NCBI GenBank assembly: GCA_963737065.1
Contig: CAVTRC010000001.1
Span: 992,001 to 1,056,000, forward strand
Origin: Candidatus Eremiobacteria bacterium
Lineage (GTDB): Bacteria > Vulcanimicrobiota > Vulcanimicrobiia > Vulcanimicrobiales > Vulcanimicrobiaceae
DNA length: 64,000 nt
Reading direction: 5' to 3'
In this document: positions 41,127 to 49,446 of the stretch, one piece after another
Layout: each line of letters opens with the position of its first letter
Position numbering within the stretch: the stretch's first letter is position 1
Made by a program: the position numbers and the translations under genes
The notes under the pieces: generated by a model
The model's input: only the letters and a program-made list of their open reading frames with translations
What the model was told of the DNA's origin: nothing
Database searches by the model: none

Positions 41127-41935
41127 TCGTCGCCGCCACGGCGGCGGCGATACCGTTAAACGGCACGTTCGCATTACTGGGAGGCACGCAACACGTTACC
41201 GCGCACGCAACCGTGTCGCATCCGCATCCCAACGACTTCACGGTGGACATCGTTCAATCGACGAGCGAGGGTAGCCCGCCGATTCGCTCCTACACGCTCG
41301 ACATGACGAAGTTCATGCATGTCGTTGCCATCAGCGACGACTTCCGTCAATTCATGCACACGCATCCGACGTTCGATCCCAAGACGGGTGACTTCCATTT
41401 GACAATGTCGCTCGATCCGGCACACGCGTACAACGTATACGCCGATTCGGAGCCGAAAGGCATGGGCGAGCAAGTCTTCCGTTTCACGATTCCCTCCAGC
41501 ACTAACCCGTCGGCTACGACGCAGCCGCTTCCGCCGAGCACGCCGTCACCGGATACGATCGACGCAGGCTCGTACGCCGTCACGCTCGCAAAGACGACGC
41601 TACCCGCACAATCCGCACAGTCGATTGCGCTCGACATTACGAAGAACCGATCTGCAGCAAACGATCTGCAGCCGTACCTCGGCGCCGCGGGTCATGCCGT
41701 GTTCGTCGACACGGCGACGCTCGCGTACGTTCACGTACATCCGATGGTACGCGGTGCGGACGGCTCGATGAACATGCGCGGCATGGATATGAACCAACCG
41801 CCGAGCGGTCCGGCGGCCGGACCACATCTTATGCTTCAGGTGCCCGGGCTGCCGGTCGGAACGTATAAGCTCTGGTTCCAATTCCGAGCCGGCGGATCGT
41901 TGTACGTCGCGCCGTTTACGCTCGCCGTGCGCTAG
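41093..41935 (+). CDS. Secreted His/Met-rich putative heavy-metal-binding protein
   Basis: Signal-like N-terminus; MHVV..FMHTHP, LQPYLGAAGH, YVHVHPM, Met-rich loop, YKLWFQF. Confidence 0.65.
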   Translation: MESLARTAAGLIVAATAAAIPLNGTFALLGGTQHVTAHATVSHPHPNDFTVDIVQSTSEGSPPIRSYTLDMTKFMHVVAISDDFRQFMHTHPTFDPKTGDFHLTMSLDPAHAYNVYADSEPKGMGEQVFRFTIPSSTNPSATTQPLPPSTPSPDTIDAGSYAVTLAKTTLPAQSAQSIALDITKNRSAANDLQPYLGAAGHAVFVDTATLAYVHVHPMVRGADGSMNMRGMDMNQPPSGPAAGPHLMLQVPGLPVGTYKLWFQFRAGGSLYVAPFTLAVR

Positions 41936-42746
41936 CCGAACGCGCTTGTTTGAACGCAACGGCGAGAAAGAAGAGCACCGTCGCAACGAGCACGATCGTC
42001 GCGCCGCTCGAACTTTTCAAGAAGTACGAGAGATACAGTCCGCCGACGGTGCTCAGCACGCCGAGCAGCGCGGAGAGCAGCATCATCGGTGCGAAGCGCG
42101 ACGTCATCTGATACGCCGCCGCAGCCGGGGTGACGAGTAACGCCGCGACGAGCACGATACCGACCGCCTGCAACGCGACGACGATCGTAAGCGCGAGCAT
42201 CACGAGCAGCACGTACTCAATCGCCGGGGAATGCATACCGCTTGCATCGGCTACGACCGGGTCGAACGTCGTATAGAGCAACGGCCGAAAGAGCACGATC
42301 GTCGCAACGGCGACCGCGATACCGAGTGCAAGAATGAGCAGCAGATCCGCGATACCGACGCCCAAGATATCGCCGAATAAAAAACTCTGCAGGTCGACGG
42401 CGTAGTTCTTCTGCTGACTCATCAAGAATACGCCAAGCGCAAATGCGCCGGTGAAAAGCACGCCGATCGTCGTATCGAGCGAGATGCGCCCGCGCCGATG
42501 AACGAACCCGATGCCGAGCGCGGTCACGACCGCAACGACCGCCGCTCCAATGTAGTACTCCAGCCCGCGCAAATACGCGATCACGATGCCGGCGAACGAG
42601 GCGTGCGCGATCCCGTCACCGATAAACGACAGTTTGCGAAGCACCACGTACGTCCCCATGACGGAACACAGCAATCCGACCGCGATCGCTTCGATGAACG
42701 CCCGCTGCATGAACTCGAATTGAAACGGTGCGAGAACGGCGTCCAT
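41916..42746 (-). CDS. znuB: Zn/Mn ABC transporter permease
   Basis: FMQRA, GDGIAHASFAG, LFGDIL, VGIVLVAALLVTPAAAA. Confidence 0.88.
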   Translation of the reverse strand: MDAVLAPFQFEFMQRAFIEAIAVGLLCSVMGTYVVLRKLSFIGDGIAHASFAGIVIAYLRGLEYYIGAAVVAVVTALGIGFVHRRGRISLDTTIGVLFTGAFALGVFLMSQQKNYAVDLQSFLFGDILGVGIADLLLILALGIAVAVATIVLFRPLLYTTFDPVVADASGMHSPAIEYVLLVMLALTIVVALQAVGIVLVAALLVTPAAAAYQMTSRFAPMMLLSALLGVLSTVGGLYLSYFLKSSSGATIVLVATVLFFLAVAFKQARSASARRA

Positions 42747-42749
42747 GCG

Positions 42750-43547
42750 TTACGAACGAATCTCCGGATGCGCAGCATGCTCGGCATGCGCTTCATGGTC
42801 GAGACGCAAATGACCATGCGTGTGTGTATGCTCGCGAATGCCGGCATACGCGCCCGAAGCGACGACCTCATCGGGTGTGCCGATCGCGAGCACCGTACGA
42901 TCGAGCACCATCAAGCGATCGAACCACGCATTGACGTTGTCGAGATCGTGCGTCGTCATAAGGACCGGTAAGCCGTCCGCAACCACGTCGCGCACCACGC
43001 GCAAGAGCGCGCGTTCGGTCTCGGCGTCGACACCGGTCGTTGGTTCATCGAGCAACAGCAGCTTAGGCTGCTGGGCAATTGCGCGCGCAACGAATACGCG
43101 TTGCTGCTGGCCGCCCGAGAGGTTCGCAATGTGCCGATGCGCGAGCGACGTCATGTTCACGACACCGAGTGCGCGGTGCACGACTTCCCTGTCGTACTCG
43201 CTAAAGCGTTGCCAAAATTTCATCCGTGGAAATCGCCCCATGCAGACGACGTCCCACACGGTCGCGGGAAACGACCAGTCAACGGCTTCGACTTGCGGAA
43301 CGTACGCAATGCTGCCGGCGGGCAATCGCTGCGGCGCCGTGCCGAGCACGCGCAGATCGCCGGCCGAGGGCCGAAGCAATCCCGCAATCGTTTTGAGCAG
43401 CGTGGATTTTCCCGATCCGTTCGGCCCGATAATGCCGAGCGCTTCGCCGAACCGTACGTCGAGCGTTACGCCGTCGAGCGCAATAAAGCCGTCGTAGCCT
43501 ACGACAAGGCTCGCCGCGTGAACGGCTTCGCGCCGATGGTCGTTCAC
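42750..43547 (-). CDS. znuC: Zn/Mn ABC transporter ATPase with His-rich tail
   Basis: GPNGSGKS, YVPQ, LSGGQQQR, LDEPT, THDL; tail EHTHTHGH..HEAHAEH. Confidence 0.88.
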   Translation of the reverse strand: MNDHRREAVHAASLVVGYDGFIALDGVTLDVRFGEALGIIGPNGSGKSTLLKTIAGLLRPSAGDLRVLGTAPQRLPAGSIAYVPQVEAVDWSFPATVWDVVCMGRFPRMKFWQRFSEYDREVVHRALGVVNMTSLAHRHIANLSGGQQQRVFVARAIAQQPKLLLLDEPTTGVDAETERALLRVVRDVVADGLPVLMTTHDLDNVNAWFDRLMVLDRTVLAIGTPDEVVASGAYAGIREHTHTHGHLRLDHEAHAEHAAHPEIRS

Positions 43548-44428
43548 CGCAGCGCCCGCACGATGACGTCGGTGTCATAATTGAGCATCCCGATATACGT
43601 CGATACGCGCGGATCGGTACCGATCGAATCGTCGTAGAGGTTATCGACGACCGCAATATTGGCGTTGTGCGCGATCTGCTGCGCAATCTTCGCGCTGTAT
43701 TCCGGCTCCGCGAAGATCGCGCGCACGTGATGCGCGCGCGCGAGGCCGATCAGTTGCGCGATCTGCTGCGGATTCGGATCCTGTCCCGGATTGGCTTCGA
43801 TAAAACCAAGCGAAGTGATGCCGAAGCGATCGTTGTAATACAGCCACGCGTTGTGGAAAACGATCATATAGCGACGCGTCTGCGGAATGGTGGAAATCTT
43901 GCGCGCAATGGTAGTACGGAGTTGGTCGAGCGAGGCCGCATAGCGCCTGGCATTCGTGCGGTACTGCTCGCCGTGTTGCGGGTCGAGCTTGATCAACCCA
44001 TCCCGGATCGCAAACACGTAATGCTTCGCATTTACCGGGTCCATCCACAAGTGCGGATTTTGATCTTTGATCGTGAGACCGCTGGAACAAACGACGGTGC
44101 GCAACGAACGCGAGCCGACATTTGCGATCGTCTTCCCAAGCCACGTCTCCAAGCCCGCGCCGTTCTCCACCAGAAGCGCTGCTTCAGAGAGCATCGCCAC
44201 GTCCTGCGGCGTCGGCTGATACGTCTCGGGCGATGCGCCGATCGGTACGAGGCTCTTGACCTGCACGCGATTTCCGCCAACCGCCTGCACCATCGAGTTG
44301 AACGTGGAGATCGTTGTGACGACCACGATGCGTCCGTTTCCCGTCGATGCAGTTCGCTCCGACGAACACGCCGCGAACAACAGCGCAAGAGCGAATACCG
44401 GCCAGCGCGTTACCGGCACGCTGCGCAC
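43544..44428 (-). CDS. znuA: Zn/Mn ABC transporter substrate-binding lipoprotein
   Basis: Lipobox FAAC, SPETYQPTP, ENGAGLE, NPHLWMDP, FHNAW. Confidence 0.85.
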   Translation of the reverse strand: MRSVPVTRWPVFALALLFAACSSERTASTGNGRIVVVTTISTFNSMVQAVGGNRVQVKSLVPIGASPETYQPTPQDVAMLSEAALLVENGAGLETWLGKTIANVGSRSLRTVVCSSGLTIKDQNPHLWMDPVNAKHYVFAIRDGLIKLDPQHGEQYRTNARRYAASLDQLRTTIARKISTIPQTRRYMIVFHNAWLYYNDRFGITSLGFIEANPGQDPNPQQIAQLIGLARAHHVRAIFAEPEYSAKIAQQIAHNANIAVVDNLYDDSIGTDPRVSTYIGMLNYDTDVIVRALR

Positions 44429-44802
44429 TGTCCGTAGAACTCCATCGTGTGCGCGTCGAGTTCAAAGCCATGTAGCGCGCGCAACGATTGGGCGAAGTGC
44501 TCGATCGCGGAACAGTCGACGTCTTCGACGCGTCCGCAAGCCTTGCAAATGGCATGATGATGATGCTGCGCCGGCTCGCAGAACATGTACGTCGCCTCGC
44601 CGGCGTCGTCGACACGGATCGTTGCCTCGCCCTTTTCGCGAAGATGTTCGAGCGTACGATACACCGTGGAAAGCGCTACGCGAACGTCCTGCGCCTCTAG
44701 CGCGCGATGCACCTCAGCAGCGGAAAAGAACCGCCGCGCGCTGCGAAGCACCGCCGCAATTCGCCCGCGTGGACGCGTCGCGTATTCTGCCCGGGTAGCC
44801 AC
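44410..44802 (-). CDS. zur: Fur-family regulator, probably Zur
   Basis: STVYRTL, HHHHAICKACG, C-terminal CAAC; leads the metal ABC operon. Confidence 0.8.
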   Translation of the reverse strand: MATRAEYATRPRGRIAAVLRSARRFFSAAEVHRALEAQDVRVALSTVYRTLEHLREKGEATIRVDDAGEATYMFCEPAQHHHHAICKACGRVEDVDCSAIEHFAQSLRALHGFELDAHTMEFYGQCAACR

Positions 44803-44812
44803 GTTCGGCTTA

Positions 44813-44831
44813 TTTGCGAATTATTCGCAAA
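44813..44831. promoter_or_regulatory. Fur/Zur-type operator
   Basis: Perfect 9-1-9 palindrome TTTGCGAAT-T-ATTCGCAAA 10 bp upstream of the regulator start. Confidence 0.75.
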
Positions 44832-44832
44832 A

Positions 44833-45393
44833 TCATTGTGGGCAGCCCTTGGCAGCGTCCGTGGCGGCTGCACGGATTCCGTCGAGCCAGTACTGCGTCG
44901 CATCGTACCGCCCGGGGAGCGTCAAGTTGAGAGCTGCTGCGCGGTTTTGAATCTTCGGCAGGACGTTTTGGACCGGCGAGTATTTGCCGGTCGCATCGAG
45001 ATCCGCGCGAGCCAACAAGAGCCAGCCGTTCGCGACATACGCACGCGCGACGGGAATCTCAGCAGCGGGGCACGCTTTCGCGTTCTTCTCGCGGCTCAGA
45101 TCGGATTCCAGTGCGTACGCCCACGCTTGAACCGCATCGAGGTGGGCCGCAAGCGGCGCAAAATCCGCTTCGCTGCACACGCCGTGCAAAATTATCGACT
45201 CGTTATCGGCGCCCGAAATCACGGCTTGCAGGTCACCCAATCGCGTGTCCAGGTCGGCCGCGGACGGCGGACGCTTTTCATAGCCGCGCACCTGATCTTC
45301 GAGGTGCGTTGCGTTGAGGTCGTTACAACGAGCGAGCGCGACAACGGATGGTCCGCCGCTCAACGCGACAGCAAGAACGCCGGCAAAAAGCAT
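44833..45393 (-). CDS. Secreted hypothetical protein (4 Cys)
   Basis: Signal peptide, helical composition, typical codon usage. Confidence 0.6.
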   Translation of the reverse strand: MLFAGVLAVALSGGPSVVALARCNDLNATHLEDQVRGYEKRPPSAADLDTRLGDLQAVISGADNESIILHGVCSEADFAPLAAHLDAVQAWAYALESDLSREKNAKACPAAEIPVARAYVANGWLLLARADLDATGKYSPVQNVLPKIQNRAAALNLTLPGRYDATQYWLDGIRAAATDAAKGCPQ

Positions 45394-45515
45394 ACCGTTC
45401 TATTCCTGCGTCAACACGGGCTTTACCGCTTCGCCGGAACGCAACGACTTAGCGCCGAGCCAAGCGAAGCAACCGGTCCTATGACATTTGCGGGCGGAAT
45501 GTGAGCCGCCCGTCT

Positions 45516-45545
45516 TTGACAGGGAGAGCGGCCGGCACGTATAAT
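45516..45545 (+). promoter_or_regulatory. Sigma-70 promoter of tRNA-Ala
   Basis: TTGACA-N18-TATAAT, both hexamers perfect. Confidence 0.85.
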
Positions 45546-45573
45546 CCCTCGCGTTGCAAAAAGCGTTGGCCCT

Positions 45574-45649
45574 GGGGATGTAGCTCAGCTGGTAGAGCAC
45601 TTGCTTCGCATGTAAGGGGTCAGGAGTTCGAGTCTCCTCATCTCCACCA
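45574..45649 (+). tRNA. tRNA-Ala (anticodon CGC)
   Basis: 76-nt cloverleaf, acceptor GGGGATG/CATCTCC with G3:U70, anticodon arm CTTGC-TTCGCAT-GTAAG, TTCGAGT T-loop, encoded CCA. Confidence 0.97.
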
Positions 45650-45654
45650 ATTGC

Positions 45655-45687
45655 AAACGCCTGATTCTATCGGGCGTTTCTTCTTTT
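45655..45687 (+). terminator. Intrinsic terminator after the tRNA
   Basis: AAACGCCTGA-TTCTA-TCGGGCGTTT followed by CTTCTTTT. Confidence 0.7.
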
Positions 45688-45940
45688 CAGCGAGTCGCGA
45701 TTGGCGCATCCCTGAGCGCGTTAGACCAAAAGCGTAACGTCGAATACGAAAGACGCCATCGATGCCATCTGGCATCAGGACGTTGGGTCCGTCAACGCTG
45801 GGAAATTAGACTATAGTTTACGCTCAAAAACCATCAAGATCCGCTTCAAGTATCCAACTGACTGTTCGCAATCTCAACTCCGACAAAAACAAACGGCTTC
45901 CCGATTGAGAATCTACTGGAAGGTCGAACTCTAATCGGAC

Positions 45941-46354
45941 CTATGCGTTCTTTTTCCTTGGGCTCGAGCGCTTTCGAGCCGGACGTCGTTGCGGCGCATT
46001 AGAAGCCGGCGAAACGGCGATGTTCGAGCGCGATGAGCCGTCGTAACCAAACGTTTGCGCCTCGTTCGCAAGCCAGTCGGGCCAGCGCTCTCGAAACTCA
46101 AGTGGTGAAAGAAGCAACAGTTCCACGAACTGGCGAAAGTCTTGTTGCTCCTCTTTCTGATATTGCTTTACGTAATCGGGAATGCTAATAATGTGCTGCT
46201 TCTCGAGCATCGACAACAGTGCCCGATGCCGAACTCTTGATCGCGCTAGCTCGTTTATGATTGCAGCCATCAGGCGATCAGGAGGGACGTTAATACTTCC
46301 CTCGTCGCCAGTTACAGGCTCAATCGGTGCTGCGCTATCCTTGCGGGAAGCCAT
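45941..46354 (-). CDS. Hypothetical protein, third gene of the TA operon
   Basis: TAATG overlap with the antitoxin stop; helical core and basic C-terminal tail. Confidence 0.7.
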   Translation of the reverse strand: MASRKDSAAPIEPVTGDEGSINVPPDRLMAAIINELARSRVRHRALLSMLEKQHIISIPDYVKQYQKEEQQDFRQFVELLLLSPLEFRERWPDWLANEAQTFGYDGSSRSNIAVSPASNAPQRRPARKRSSPRKKNA

Positions 46355-46794
46355 TACGCCGCCAGGACCGTACCGCTGTCGCGTATCTCCGCATTGCGCT
46401 TATTGATCAGCTCCGCGATCGCGTCAACAGCGACGTCTTCTGACGCGCCTTGCGCGTAATCGCCAACAACGCAAACGTTGACTTGCCCAGCATTTACGGG
46501 GTCAATGATAAATGACAGCTGTATCCGTGCACCAGCCCCGGTTGCGAGACGCGTCAGGGTTCGCCACGCGATCCCCTTATTGTGGCCATTCTCGAGCTCG
46601 GAGACTAGCGTCGCCGGCAGGCCGCCGAACTTGGCCAAGTCTACCTGGCGCAACCCGGCGCGCGCGCGGAGTTGAATGAGAGCTGAAGCGAGTTCCGCCA
46701 AGCCGGCTGTTTCTTCCGCGTGCGCCTTGAGCTCGGGGAATTCTTGCGCGAGTTGATCGGTTAAACTCAGTGTCCTATTCGTTTTATTTTTCAT
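46354..46794 (-). CDS. XRE/HigA-like HTH antitoxin with C-terminal extension
   Basis: LIQLRARAGLRQVDLA..G....VSELENG..TLTRLA..GARIQLSF, then about 50 extra aa ending VLAA. Confidence 0.8.
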   Translation of the reverse strand: MKNKTNRTLSLTDQLAQEFPELKAHAEETAGLAELASALIQLRARAGLRQVDLAKFGGLPATLVSELENGHNKGIAWRTLTRLATGAGARIQLSFIIDPVNAGQVNVCVVGDYAQGASEDVAVDAIAELINKRNAEIRDSGTVLAA

Positions 46795-47195
46795 TTTCTC
46801 GATTGTACGGAAAGCTGTCTCTTGTATGCACTCAGGTTACGAATGCCGTGCTCGGTGTCTTCGGGATCGATCTTGTTTGTTTTCTTTACCACGACATGAA
46901 GAACGACACACTCGACACCCGACGGATAATATGCAATCAGGAGTCTGATCCAATGATCTTTGGGTTTCTTAATTCCCGGGATCTTTTCGACCCGGAGTTC
47001 ATGTACGCCATCACGCAGAAGCGAGAGCGCACCAACAGCCTTTAAGGCCGCTTGGGGCGTAAGTTCCAGCACTTGAAGTGCGGTGTATACGGCGGGGCCG
47101 ACGCCAGGCAAACGCTTCGCGTCCTTGCTGAGAAACTGCCTGATAACATCCTTACTGCCTCCTGAAGAAAAGGCCGTTATCCGAATACTTGCCAC
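46791..47195 (-). CDS. RelE/HigB-like (phage Gp49-type) toxin
   Basis: LRDGVHELRV...IRLL...VVLHVVVKKTNKIDPED pattern; toxin-first order, ATGA overlap with the HTH gene. Confidence 0.78.
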   Translation of the reverse strand: MASIRITAFSSGGSKDVIRQFLSKDAKRLPGVGPAVYTALQVLELTPQAALKAVGALSLLRDGVHELRVEKIPGIKKPKDHWIRLLIAYYPSGVECVVLHVVVKKTNKIDPEDTEHGIRNLSAYKRQLSVQSRK

Positions 47196-47219
47196 TTCGC
47201 TTTTTCCCGAAGTCTACCT

Positions 47220-47248
47220 ACCGTACACTTGCCGCCGGAAAATGTAAA
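47220..47248 (-). promoter_or_regulatory. Putative sigma-70 promoter of the TA operon
   Basis: Minus strand TTTACA-N17-TACGGT, 24 nt upstream of the GTG start. Confidence 0.45.
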
Positions 47249-47633
47249 GGGCGCGAAGTCGAGCCAAGGAGGCTGGAAAATAGAATCGCGACACTACCGA
47301 ACGGAAGTTCGATGTTTCCGCTCGCCTGCCTTGAGCCTTTTAGATTACAAGCCGCCAAAATTCTCCTTGGCGCGGGGCGCCGCGGCTGCAGCCACATCGC
47401 CATCTGCATCCAGTTTTCAGGCTGGCATGCGCAGAGCCGATCGAATCACGCCGCGGTTACTCGAATCACGCGATCTCTCCAGGACGACTCGTGACGCCCA
47501 AAACCGACCAACAACAACACGTAATCCTGCGGTCGTCAGCGCACAGCCTGCGATCAGGGATTCTCATTTTCCCACGGTTTACGCGCGATTTTCGCGCCAA
47601 TCGTCGACCGCGAAACGACGCGCGCCTATGTGC

Positions 47634-47678
47634 CATGTAAGCGGCCACTAGTTCGAGTCTCCCTCATCTCCTCCAATT
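47634..47678 (+). repeat. Degenerate attR: copy of the tRNA-Ala 3' half
   Basis: CATGTAAGcGGcCActAGTTCGAGTCTCCcTCATCTCCtCCAATT versus the tRNA: 39 of 45 aligned columns identical by hand alignment. Confidence 0.85.
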
Positions 47679-47681
47679 TAC

Positions 47682-47713
47682 AACGCTTGCTGTTATTGAA
47701 GCGGGCGTTTTGT
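47682..47713 (+). terminator. Terminator-like hairpin after attR
   Basis: AACGCTTGCT-8nt-AGCGGGCGTT then TTGT; resembles the hairpin after the intact tRNA. Confidence 0.55.
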
Positions 47714-47941
47714 GTTCGCCCGAGACGGAGCGCTCGAAGACCTCGCGACTGGATGCCGTCGCGGCGGCGCAAGAACTACAAACGCTGCTGCGGCTCGACG
47801 CTGCGCGCGCTCTAAATAAATTCCATCGGGCTGCTGATTTGATTCTTATTCGCTCGCTATCGGGCGAATGTCGCGTTAGCGATTGAACGTACATCGCGCA
47901 ATGAACGCGCCGGTTTCAGTCGAGGTTAAACTACACCGTGC

Positions 47942-48256
47942 TCAATCGGGATTTTCGAGCTTTTCTTCGATTACTTTTGCGACCCGCTCCGGCGTTTCGT
48001 GAGCCGCGAAATTGCGAGCTGCGGGCGCACGGTGGAGAGTGCGCGGATCGTCGACAACTACGTGAATCCGCTCGCGTGTAACCACGTAGGGAAATTTGGG
48101 GTGCGCGCTCGGCGGCGCCGAAAAGCAAACCCGGTTCACGTCATTCTGCCAGCACCAGCCCGGCTCGGACTCGAGCCGTGAATAGCCCTTTGAAGCCAGA
48201 ATTTTCGCAGCTGACTTGGCCAGGTCGTCAAACTTTATGCCGGGTCTTCTTAGCAT
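47942..48256 (-). CDS. Hypothetical protein
   Basis: Protein-like ORF (MLRRPGIKFDDLAKSAAKIL...); start uncertain. Confidence 0.5.
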   Translation of the reverse strand: MLRRPGIKFDDLAKSAAKILASKGYSRLESEPGWCWQNDVNRVCFSAPPSAHPKFPYVVTRERIHVVVDDPRTLHRAPAARNFAAHETPERVAKVIEEKLENPD

Positions 48257-48341
48257 CGTCACCGTTGTTGTGTTCTTCCCATACCTTCGGATTCCGTTGA
48301 GGATCGGCCGTATCGACCGCATTGACACATTGCGCTCGTAG

Positions 48342-48491
48342 TCAGGACTCCGTTGAGGAAAAACACTCGCAACTGCACCGAGCCCCGTTTTCCAGCACAG
48401 AAGCGCATGGGCCCCATGGGCCGACGTGGCTCGCTAGTGGGTGGTCGCATGTCTTGCACGGCTCGAACGCAACCATGGTATTCGTGGTCAT
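48342..48491 (-). CDS. Small Cys/His zinc-binding protein (49 aa)
   Basis: CKTCDH-x4-H-x6-C-x9-CSCECF; TACAAT-N6-ATG leaderless signature; absent from the ORF track. Confidence 0.65.
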   Translation of the reverse strand: MTTNTMVAFEPCKTCDHPLASHVGPWGPCASVLENGARCSCECFSSTES

Positions 48492-48595
48492 GGGTCCATT
48501 GTAACTCCCGGACGTACGTTCTGTCCGGTCGGCGCCGGCTGCGGCTGACCCGCAAGCCGCAAGCCAAGCGCCCTCAACGAGCGAGCAACATGATT

Positions 48596-49066
48596 CTAAC
48601 GCGTTTGGGGCGCGCGTGGCATCGCTTCGCCATTGGGGCAGAACGCTCCGTGGGTATCGTGACCGACGTAGTATGCGTGAATATCGTAGTGTTTGATCGG
48701 ATATCCGGCGTGACCGTATGGAACGAAATCAATATCGACGTGATCGATCTTGTAACCCGGTAAGGGCGCGAGCATTTTGTCCCAGCTTTTTCCGGCAGCG
48801 AACGCTTTTTGATCCACCATGATCTCCGTAAAAACCGGCTTGCCGTTATACACGCCGTAAATCGGTCCCAACGGCAAGTTTTTTAAATTCGCCCAGTGTT
48901 CTCCCATGCCGACGACGCATGGGCTCACGAGCACTGCATCAGCCGGAACGCCGGCCGGGTGAACTTTCGGTTGCGGCGGGAGCGGAGGCGGTGCGGCGGC
49001 ACCGACGTTCGGTAGAATCACCGTCGCAAACAACGAGAATGCACAAATAAGGGTCCGCAAGCGCAT
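48596..49066 (-). CDS. Secreted TTHB210-like (DUF5602-like) His-motif protein
   Basis: SD AAGGAG, signal peptide, GMGEHW, DHVDIDF.P.GHAGYPIKHYDIH. Confidence 0.65.
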   Translation of the reverse strand: MRLRTLICAFSLFATVILPNVGAAAPPPLPPQPKVHPAGVPADAVLVSPCVVGMGEHWANLKNLPLGPIYGVYNGKPVFTEIMVDQKAFAAGKSWDKMLAPLPGYKIDHVDIDFVPYGHAGYPIKHYDIHAYYVGHDTHGAFCPNGEAMPRAPQTR

Positions 49067-49164
49067 CAAATTGACTCTCCTTATGTCGCAAATGGCAACG
49101 ATAAGAGCGTTAGTCGACTCGCGGGAATCCGAGTCCTTTTGCACTTCGAATCGCCGCCGCGAAA

Positions 49165-49389
49165 CTACGTTACGTAAGAAAAATCTTCGATTTTGAATAC
49201 GTCTTTCTCAATCAGCAAAACGCACGAGCATTTCATTATCGCGATATGCGTTTTCAGCGAATTCGCGAACGCATTCCCCTGCGAAACTGCGCGAGGTACA
49301 TCAACGGCGAAGTCGTGGCGCGCGACGCGTTCGCGGCGCAGCGCGACAGCCGCGAACATCTTAGTGTTCGTGCTGTCGTATGCCGCCAT
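49165..49389 (-). CDS. Possible small hypothetical protein
   Basis: 74-aa ORF in a gap between minus-strand genes; no motif. Confidence 0.3.
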   Translation of the reverse strand: MAAYDSTNTKMFAAVALRRERVARHDFAVDVPRAVSQGNAFANSLKTHIAIMKCSCVLLIEKDVFKIEDFSYVT

Positions 49390-49446
49390 GTAGTGTTGTC
49401 CGTCATTCGGCGGACGGGTGCGCCGTTTCGGCGGTAAGTTGTGTCG

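Larger units (their letters stand above)
45609..47678. mobile_element. tRNA-Ala-integrated genomic islet remnant (no integrase)
   Basis: tRNA 3' half (45609-45652) repeated at 47634-47678; AT-richer interior carrying a TA module. Confidence 0.75.

Noticed and set aside
45420..45514. Hairpins GCTTCGC/GCGAAGC and CGGGCGG/CCGCCCG upstream of the tRNA promoter
   Set aside because: No match to a known RNA family; short GC stems are expected by chance.
45725..45934. 69-codon open frame inside the islet (..KDAIDAIWHQDVG..)
   Set aside because: No usable start codon near its 5' end and no recognisable family; at most a remnant.
47189..47651. ORFs between the toxin and attR as a possible integrase remnant
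   Set aside because: No R...HxxR...Y tyrosine-recombinase motifs in the frames read.
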